Assembly: GCA_039794085.1 (NCBI GenBank)
Contig: JBDIWC010000086.1
Span: forward strand, 1 to 11,543
Direction: 5' to 3'
From: Gemmatimonadales bacterium
Lineage (GTDB): Bacteria; Gemmatimonadota; Gemmatimonadetes; Gemmatimonadales; GWC2-71-9
Length of the DNA stretch: 11,543 nucleotides
Shown here: positions 6,627 through 11,543 of the stretch, piece after piece
Numbering within the stretch: the first letter of the stretch is position 1
Layout of the letters: each line of letters starts with the position of its first letter
Position numbers and translations under genes: made by a program
Notes under the pieces: generated by a model
Told to the model about the DNA's origin: nothing
Database searches by the model: none
The model's input: only the letters and a program-made list of their open reading frames with translations

Positions 6627-7838
6627 ATGATCCCCGCCCTCCAGACGCGCCGTGTTTCGCCGCATTCACCCCGTGGCCGGATCCTGGCTTCCGGGATCGC
6701 CATCGCCCTGGGCCTTTTCTCCGGACTCGCCCCGCGACTTCCCGCGCAGGATGCCGGAGAGGCCGCGAGGCCCCGGTCCCGGGACCTCGGCGTGGCGCCC
6801 GGTGTCTTCGTCCCGGGGACCTGGAATGCCATCACGGACGTGCCCGGGGTGCGGGTGGGTCACGCGACGGTGACGGAGGGAGATTCGGTCCGCACCGGGA
6901 TCACCGCGATCCTTCCCCATGGGGGGAACGCTTACCTCGACCGGGTTCCGGCGGCGGTGGTGACCGGGAACGGGTTCGGCAAGCTTCTCGGCTCGACCCA
7001 GGTCAACGAGCTGGGCGAACTGGAAACGCCGATCCTCCTCACCTGCACCCTGTGCGTGTGGCGCGCCGCCGATGCCCTGGTGGCCTGGATGCTCGACCAG
7101 CCGGGGATGGAAGGGGTGCGGTCGCTCAATCCGCTGGTGGCGGAAACCAACGATGGCGGTCTCAACGCGATCCGGTCCCGGCCCATTTCCGCCGCCACGG
7201 TGCGCGAGGCGATCGGTGCGGCCGCGGAGGGTCCGGTAGGGGAAGGATCCGTGGGGGCGGGGACCGGTACACAGGCGTTTGGATGGAAGGGCGGGATAGG
7301 AACCTCCTCCCGGCATCTGCCGGAGTCCCTGGGGGGGTGGACCGTGGGGGTGCTGGTCCAGTCGAACTTCGGCGGGGTGCTGCAGGTGATGGGGGCTCCG
7401 GTGGGCCGAGCCCTGGGCCGGTACGCCTTCCGGAACGTGGTGGACCGGGATGGGGGCGACGGGTCGATCATCATCGTGGTGGCCACCGATGCGCCCCTGT
7501 CGGACCGGAACCTGAGGCGCCTCGCCTCCCGGGCGCTGCTTGGCCTGGGCCGCACCGGCTCCTCGGCATCGAACGGATCGGGGGACTATGTGGTGGCGTT
7601 CTCGACGGCCCCGGAGGTGCGTCGCGCCCCGGGTGATGCGCCGCGGGGAGGAGAGACGGTGGGCAACGACAGGATGTCGGGGCTCTTTCAGGCGGTGGTG
7701 GAGGCGACGGAGGAGGCGATCTACAACTCCCTGTTCCGGGCCACGACGGTCACCAGCCGCTTCGGCACGGCGGAGGCGCTGCCGATCGACCGGGTGCGGG
7801 AGATCCTGCGGTCGTCAGGAGTGGGGAGTAGGGAGTAG
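6627..7838 (+). CDS. dmpA: P1/S58-family (DmpA-like) L-aminopeptidase/D-Ala-esterase precursor with probable signal peptide, 403 aa
   Basis: Motifs NAITDVPGVRVGH, RTGITAILP, NGFGKLLG, ETPILLT, ETNDGGLN, GSVGAGTG, FGWKGGIGTSSR and VQSNFGG; autoproteolytic Gly-Ser site DG|SIIIVVATDAPL; SGDYVVAFST and EATEEAIYN. Confidence 0.93.
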   Translation: MIPALQTRRVSPHSPRGRILASGIAIALGLFSGLAPRLPAQDAGEAARPRSRDLGVAPGVFVPGTWNAITDVPGVRVGHATVTEGDSVRTGITAILPHGGNAYLDRVPAAVVTGNGFGKLLGSTQVNELGELETPILLTCTLCVWRAADALVAWMLDQPGMEGVRSLNPLVAETNDGGLNAIRSRPISAATVREAIGAAAEGPVGEGSVGAGTGTQAFGWKGGIGTSSRHLPESLGGWTVGVLVQSNFGGVLQVMGAPVGRALGRYAFRNVVDRDGGDGSIIIVVATDAPLSDRNLRRLASRALLGLGRTGSSASNGSGDYVVAFSTAPEVRRAPGDAPRGGETVGNDRMSGLFQAVVEATEEAIYNSLFRATTVTSRFGTAEALPIDRVREILRSSGVGSRE

Positions 7839-7845
7839 GGTGTAG
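7818..7845 (+). repeat. Heptamer tandem repeat (GGAGTAG)-type, 4 units, containing the dmpA stop codon
   Basis: GGAGTGG GGAGTAG GGAGTAG GGTGTAG; TAG 7836-7838 is the dmpA stop. Confidence 0.85.
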
Positions 7846-7865
7846 GGGCGACGCATGCGTCGCCC
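7842..7865 (+). repeat. GTAG-family REP element
   Basis: GTAG followed by the perfect palindrome GGGCGACGC-AT-GCGTCGCCC. Confidence 0.8.
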
Positions 7866-7890
7866 GAGCACCGGCTGGAAACAACAGACC

Positions 7891-7913
7891 GTAGGGGCGA
7901 ATCACATTCGCCC
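7891..7913 (+). repeat. GTAG-family REP element (second copy, same orientation)
   Basis: GTAG followed by the hairpin GGGCGAAT-CAC-ATTCGCCC. Confidence 0.78.
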
Positions 7914-7924
7914 TCGAATCGCTC

Positions 7925-7948
7925 ACACGAAGACACGAAGACACGAAG
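7925..7948 (+). repeat. Octamer tandem repeat (ACACGAAG)3
   Basis: Three perfect copies at 7925, 7933 and 7941. Confidence 0.9.
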
Positions 7949-7991
7949 GAATCGGCCTCCCCAACGCCCACCGCTTACCGCCGATTACGGT

Positions 7992-8405
7992 CTAGCGCGT
8001 CCGCCGTCGACGCCGGGAGTTTTCCCGGAGCCATGCGCCCAGTTCCTCCTCGCTGAGTGTCCCCTCCGCGAGCGCGAGCATGGTTGTCACGGCGTCCGGT
8101 TCCGTCGCAAGCAGTTCGATCCCGTTCAGACCCAGGAACGTATACATCGCCTGGAAGGCAGTTCTCTTGTTGCCGTCAACGAATCCGTGGTTCTTGGCAA
8201 TGCCGAAGCCGTACGCCGCCGCGCAGGAGAACAGGTCGGCGGCGGCCTCGTAGTCCCATCGATGGCGAGGACGGGCGAGTGCCGCCAGCACGAGCCCCTC
8301 GTCCCGCACGCCGACGAGCCCACCATGCTGACCCAGGAGGTCCTCGTGGATCGCCACGACGAGGGATGGGGTGAGCCACCGGGGCTCCTCAGGTCGGTCG
8401 GTCAT
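7992..8405 (-). CDS. doc: Death-on-curing (Fic/Doc) family toxin, 137 aa
   Basis: IHEDLLGQHGG..GVRDEGL..ALARP and the Doc signature NHGFVDGNKRTA (Lys in place of the Fic Gly); lies downstream of a small antitoxin gene. Confidence 0.95.
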   Translation of the reverse strand: MTDRPEEPRWLTPSLVVAIHEDLLGQHGGLVGVRDEGLVLAALARPRHRWDYEAAADLFSCAAAYGFGIAKNHGFVDGNKRTAFQAMYTFLGLNGIELLATEPDAVTTMLALAEGTLSEEELGAWLRENSRRRRRTR

Positions 8406-8417
8406 GATCGTGGCCTA

Positions 8418-8651
8418 TTACCGCTTCGAGAGTTCCCGCATGGCGTTTCTGTACTTCTTGGCGCCTTCCCGGTAGATGGTCATGCCCTCTTCGAAGAGTT
8501 GGTCGTAGGGGGTGATCAGGATCCCATCCGCCGTTTCCTGGATGGAGACCTTGTCCCCCTTGGCGAGGGAAAAGGTGTCGAGCATCGCCTTGGGGATGGT
8601 GACGCCGGCCGAGTTGCCGAACGGGCGGATGATGGTCTCCTTGACGCGCAT
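8418..8651 (-). CDS. AbrB/MazE/SpoVT-family antitoxin (Doc partner), 77 aa
   Basis: ATG 8651 with GGAG 7 nt upstream. FGNSAGVTIPKAML..GDKV..DGILITPYD fits the AbrB fold; C-terminal KYRNAMRELSK; 12 nt upstream of doc. Start trimmed from 8804. Confidence 0.93.
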   Translation of the reverse strand: MRVKETIIRPFGNSAGVTIPKAMLDTFSLAKGDKVSIQETADGILITPYDQLFEEGMTIYREGAKKYRNAMRELSKR

Positions 8652-8668
8652 GGGGGGGCTCCGGTTGA

Positions 8669-8686
8669 TGTTATAACAAATATAAT
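8669..8686 (-). promoter_or_regulatory. TA promoter/operator: palindrome TGTTATAACA overlapping -10-like boxes
   Basis: Perfect 10-bp palindrome at 8669-8678 in an AT-rich island. The minus strand reads TATTATATTTGTTATAAC, which includes an extended -10-like TGnTATAAC, 18-35 nt upstream of the antitoxin ATG. Confidence 0.65.
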
Positions 8687-8695
8687 ACCCTGAGC

Positions 8696-8723
8696 AGGGA
8701 GGAGGGAGGAGGGAGGAGGGGGG
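8696..8723 (+). repeat. Heptamer tandem repeat (AGGGAGG)3 plus one degenerate unit
   Basis: AGGGAGG at 8696, 8703 and 8710; AGGGGGG at 8717. Confidence 0.85.
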
Positions 8724-8861
8724 GATCCCGGATCTCGCGAGGGCAATGATTGATCCAAGATTGCTGGGAAGCCGGAAGAGGAAGAATTTCCGAGGGGACG
8801 TCACCCGGGTGACTCGGGCGACCGATCGGAACGGGAGGTGGGCGCCAGGACGCGGGAAATC

Positions 8862-8893
8862 CCGTGTGCCTTCGCGTCCCTGCGCCCTTGCGT
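8862..8893 (-). repeat. Degenerate octamer tandem repeat, inverted relative to 7925-7948
   Basis: Minus strand ACGCAAGG GCGCAGGG ACGCGAAG GCACACGG; the third unit differs from ACACGAAG by one base. Confidence 0.5.
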
Positions 8894-9036
8894 TGACCTT
8901 GCCGCGGGATTGTTCGAGGGAGATGCGCCAGGGAGTGGGGAGTGTGGGAAACGGCCGGGTATCTGCAGGCTTCCCTGGTTATGTTGAGTGTGACAGCACA
9001 CGGTTTGCAGAGCACTCAGGCGAAGGAGAGATCTCG

Positions 9037-9519
9037 ATGGCCACAGCACTGTTCGGGGCGGGGTGTTTCTGGGGGGTCGAGGCGGCATTCCGCCAGGTCG
9101 AGGGGGTTCGGGAGACGGCGGTGGGGTACGCCGGCGGGACGGTGGACCACCCCACGTACCGGCAGGTCTGTTCCGATCGGACCGGCCATGCCGAGGTGGT
9201 TCAGGTCACCTTCGATCCCGCGACCGTGAGCTACGACCGACTGCTCGACGTGTTCTGGAACTCCCACGATCCCACCCAGTTGAACCGCCAGGGACCGGAC
9301 GTGGGCAGTCAGTACCGGTCGGTCATCTTCGTGGCCGACGAGGAGCAGGCGGTCGCGGCCGCCGCATCCGTGGAGAGGCTTCGTGCCTCGGGTGTCCATG
9401 TCCGCCCGGTCGTCACAACGATCGAACCGGCCCCCCGGTTCTGGCCGGCCGAGGAGTACCATCAGCAGTATCTCGAAAAGCGCGGGCTCTCCCAGTGCCA
9501 TGTCCCGGGGCAGGGGTGA
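9037..9519 (+). CDS. msrA: Peptide-methionine (S)-S-oxide reductase MsrA, 160 aa
   Basis: ATG 9037 with an AAGGAG RBS; GCFWG catalytic motif, [40 protein letters not shown] and a C-terminal Cys. Start trimmed from 8746. Confidence 0.97.
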   Translation: MATALFGAGCFWGVEAAFRQVEGVRETAVGYAGGTVDHPTYRQVCSDRTGHAEVVQVTFDPATVSYDRLLDVFWNSHDPTQLNRQGPDVGSQYRSVIFVADEEQAVAAAASVERLRASGVHVRPVVTTIEPAPRFWPAEEYHQQYLEKRGLSQCHVPGQG

Positions 9520-9532
9520 CTAGGAACGGATC

Positions 9533-10285
9533 ATGCGACTGACCGGACACCGCGTCCTCATCACCGGAGGGACCAGCGGCATCGGGCTGGGCCTGGCCCG
9601 GGCCCTTCATGCCCGGGGCAACCAGGTGGCCGTGGCCGGCCGGAGCGCCGAGCGACTGGCTCATGCGGCGGAGCAGCTGCCCGGTCTGGTGACGGTGCAG
9701 GCCGATCTGGCCGTGCCGGGAGAGGCGGAGAGTCTTCTGGAGGATGCCGTGACCCTCCTGGGCGGCCTCACGATTCTGGTGAACAACGCTGGAATTCAGT
9801 GTCGCCACGAGTATCTGACGGACGATCCGGTGGACATCCTGCGGGAGGTGCGCTCGGAACTCGCCGTCAACATCGAGGCCCTGGTGACCCTCTCCATTCA
9901 GGCTCTCCCGCTGCTGCGCGCCGCCGAAGAATCCGCCATCGTCAACATCTCTTCCATCCTGGCCTTTGCGCCCAAGCGGTCGGCGCCGGTGTACTGTGCG
10001 AGCAAGGCGGCGGTGCACTCCTTCACGCGCGCCCTTCGTTATCAGGTGCAGGACGAAGCGCCGCACCTCCGCATTGTCGACGTGCAGCCTCCGGCGGTGG
10101 ACACCCCGATGACCGCGGGCCGGGGTCGCCCGGGGGACAAGTTGACGGTGGAACAGGTGACGGAGGGGATCCTCGCGGGTCTGGCCCGGGATGCCGAGGA
10201 GATTCCTCTGGGCCGGACCCGCTCCGCCCGGTGGTTGCTGCGGGTGGCACCCCGATGGGTCTACCGCCGGTTTCGGGATGCCTGA
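9533..10285 (+). CDS. Short-chain dehydrogenase/reductase (DltE-like subgroup), 250 aa
   Basis: ITGGTSGIG (TGxxxGxG), LVNNAGI, IVNISS, catalytic YCASK, and PPAVDT. Confidence 0.93.
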   Translation: MRLTGHRVLITGGTSGIGLGLARALHARGNQVAVAGRSAERLAHAAEQLPGLVTVQADLAVPGEAESLLEDAVTLLGGLTILVNNAGIQCRHEYLTDDPVDILREVRSELAVNIEALVTLSIQALPLLRAAEESAIVNISSILAFAPKRSAPVYCASKAAVHSFTRALRYQVQDEAPHLRIVDVQPPAVDTPMTAGRGRPGDKLTVEQVTEGILAGLARDAEEIPLGRTRSARWLLRVAPRWVYRRFRDA

Positions 10286-10958
10286 TCGGCCCGTCGGGCC
10301 GGTGGCGATGGCATGGAGCGGTGGAAAGGACAGCGCCATGGCGTTGGGTCGGCTCCGCGCGCAGGGGGTTCCGGTTGCCTTTCTGCTCACCACCGTCTCC
10401 CGCGAGTTTAACCGGGTGAGCATCCACGGGGTTCGCCGCAGCCTGCTGCATGCGCAGGCGCGATCCCTTGCTGTGCCCCTCCAGGAAGTGGTGCTTCCCC
10501 GGACGCCGTCGAACGAGGTGTACGAGGCGGCGATGGCCTCGGTGCTGTCCGCGCGGGGTGGGGAAATCTCCGGTGTCGCCTTCGGGGATCTCTTTCTCGA
10601 GGAGATTCGCGCCTACCGGGAACGCCAGATGCGGGCTCTCGATCTGGCGGTCCACTTTCCGCTCTGGGGGGAGGAGACGACCCGACTGGCCGACGAATGG
10701 ATCGAGGGAGGGCACCAAGCCACGGTCGTGGTGGTGGACACAACGGTGCTCGACGGATCCTTCGCCGGCCGTCCCTATGATCGCGGTTTTCTGCGGGAGT
10801 TACCGGCCGGGGTGGACCCCTGTGGCGAACGGGGTGAGTTCCATACCTTTGTCCATGCGGGCCCCGGTTTTGCCACGCCGCTGCGGGTGCGCACGGGGGA
10901 GAGGGTCCTGCGGGAGGACCACTTCCTGTTCTGTGACCTGATCGAGGAGGAAACATGA
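10278..10958 (+). CDS. PP-loop ATP pyrophosphatase, diphthamide synthase (Dph6)/MJ0570-related, 226 aa
   Basis: WSGGKDS PP-loop, [20 protein letters not shown] and [18 protein letters not shown] 10278 overlaps the SDR stop by 8 nt (alternative start 10308). Confidence 0.9.
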   Translation: MPDRPVGPVAMAWSGGKDSAMALGRLRAQGVPVAFLLTTVSREFNRVSIHGVRRSLLHAQARSLAVPLQEVVLPRTPSNEVYEAAMASVLSARGGEISGVAFGDLFLEEIRAYRERQMRALDLAVHFPLWGEETTRLADEWIEGGHQATVVVVDTTVLDGSFAGRPYDRGFLRELPAGVDPCGERGEFHTFVHAGPGFATPLRVRTGERVLREDHFLFCDLIEEET

Positions 10959-11359
10959 CGGACCGGATCACCAGGAGCGATGAGGAGTGGGCGGCGCAAC
11001 TCACCCCCGAACAGTTCCGGGTGGCGCGGCGCCAGGGAACGGAGCGCGCCTTCACGGGTGCCTACTGGGACGAGCATGCGGAGGGAACTTACCGGTGCAT
11101 CTGCTGCGACGCCCCGTTGTTTTCCTCCGCAACCAAGTTCGATTCGGGGACCGGATGGCCGAGCTTCTGGGCCCCGGCTGCCGGGGAGGGAGTGGAGGAG
11201 AGTGTGGACACGAGCCACGGCATGAGGCGTGTGGAGGTGCATTGTCGCCGGTGCGGTGCGCACCTGGGGCACCTCTTTCCCGATGGGCCGGCTCCCACGG
11301 GGCAGCGGTATTGCGTCAACAGCGCATCCCTCCGGTTTGACCGAAACGCCGACACGTAG
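10955..11359 (+). CDS. msrB: Peptide-methionine (R)-S-oxide reductase MsrB (zinc-binding type), 134 aa
   Basis: [19 protein letters not shown] and CRRC zinc ligands, [21 protein letters not shown] and catalytic RYCVNS; ATGA overlap with the upstream gene. Confidence 0.97.
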   Translation: MTDRITRSDEEWAAQLTPEQFRVARRQGTERAFTGAYWDEHAEGTYRCICCDAPLFSSATKFDSGTGWPSFWAPAAGEGVEESVDTSHGMRRVEVHCRRCGAHLGHLFPDGPAPTGQRYCVNSASLRFDRNADT

Positions 11360-11389
11360 TGATAGGGAGAAGGGATCGAATGCCGGGGC

Positions 11390-11414
11390 GGGCACCCACA
11401 AGTGGTGCCCCGAC
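11390..11414 (-). repeat. REP-like hairpin with a degenerate GTAG tetranucleotide (GTCG)
   Basis: Minus strand GTCG-GGGCACC-ACTTGTG-GGTGCCC, 30 nt after the msrB stop. It may also act as the 3' stem of the msr transcript. Confidence 0.6.
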
Positions 11415-11438
11415 CGCCTACTCCCTACTCCCTAAGCC
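11411..11438 (-). repeat. Heptamer tandem repeat (CTACTCC), the reverse complement of GGAGTAG
   Basis: CGACCGC CTACTCC CTACTCC CTAAGCC in 7-nt phase; a further CCTACTCCC lies at 11516-11524. Confidence 0.75.
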
Positions 11439-11543
11439 GGCAGAGCCGGAACCAAAGAGGCTTACACACTCGGAGCCACAGATACTGCCCGGGTATGCTC
11501 GCGGTCTGCGGGGTTCCTACTCCCAAGACCAGATGCGGCCCGA

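Noticed and set aside
6634..6660. Tat signal in DmpA (TRRVS)
   Set aside because: It lacks the S/T-R-R-x-F-L-K hydrophobic consensus and is far from the h-region; a Sec-type signal is more plausible.
8994..9009. Sigma54-like CAGCACACGGTTTGCA upstream of msrA
   Set aside because: It has AG rather than the near-invariant GG at -24.
8652..9036. Extended starts for the antitoxin (8804) and msrA (8746)
   Set aside because: The extensions run through repeats and promoter DNA. RBS-supported starts at 8651 and 9037 match the family N-termini.
9413..11401. Minus-strand ORFs over the msr operon (9413-10423, 10023-10718, 10408-11055, 10775-11401)
   Set aside because: Antisense shadows of four motif-supported plus-strand genes.
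11430..11460. Integron attC site
   Set aside because: CCCTAAG does not match the RYYYAAC inverse core, and no paired GTTRRRY box is visible.

Overview
GC-rich bacterial DNA from a diderm (it encodes an outer-membrane beta-barrel and a PEP-CTERM protein); the taxon cannot be fixed from this window. Left half, minus strand: a tightly coupled five-gene operon of wecB (UDP-GlcNAc 2-epimerase), a YaiO-like outer-membrane barrel, a polytopic membrane protein, a processive GT2 glycosyltransferase and a membrane-anchored beta-solenoid protein. It looks like a compact synthase-dependent, probably ManNAc-containing, surface polysaccharide system. A PEP-CTERM surface protein gene follows, and both units have sigma54-type GG-N10-GC promoter motifs. 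Right half: an exported DmpA/P1-family aminopeptidase, an AbrB-type antitoxin/Doc toxin pair, and an msrA-SDR-PP-loop ATPase-msrB operon. The intergenic DNA is rich in structure: heptamer tandem repeats, GTAG-type REP hairpins, octamer repeats and a degenerate tmRNA/tRNA 3'-end fragment. A heptamer+REP composite occurs in inverted orientation at 7825-7849 and 11407-11431 (22/25 identical), bracketing the TA module and the msr operon. All family calls come from motif recognition, not database searches.
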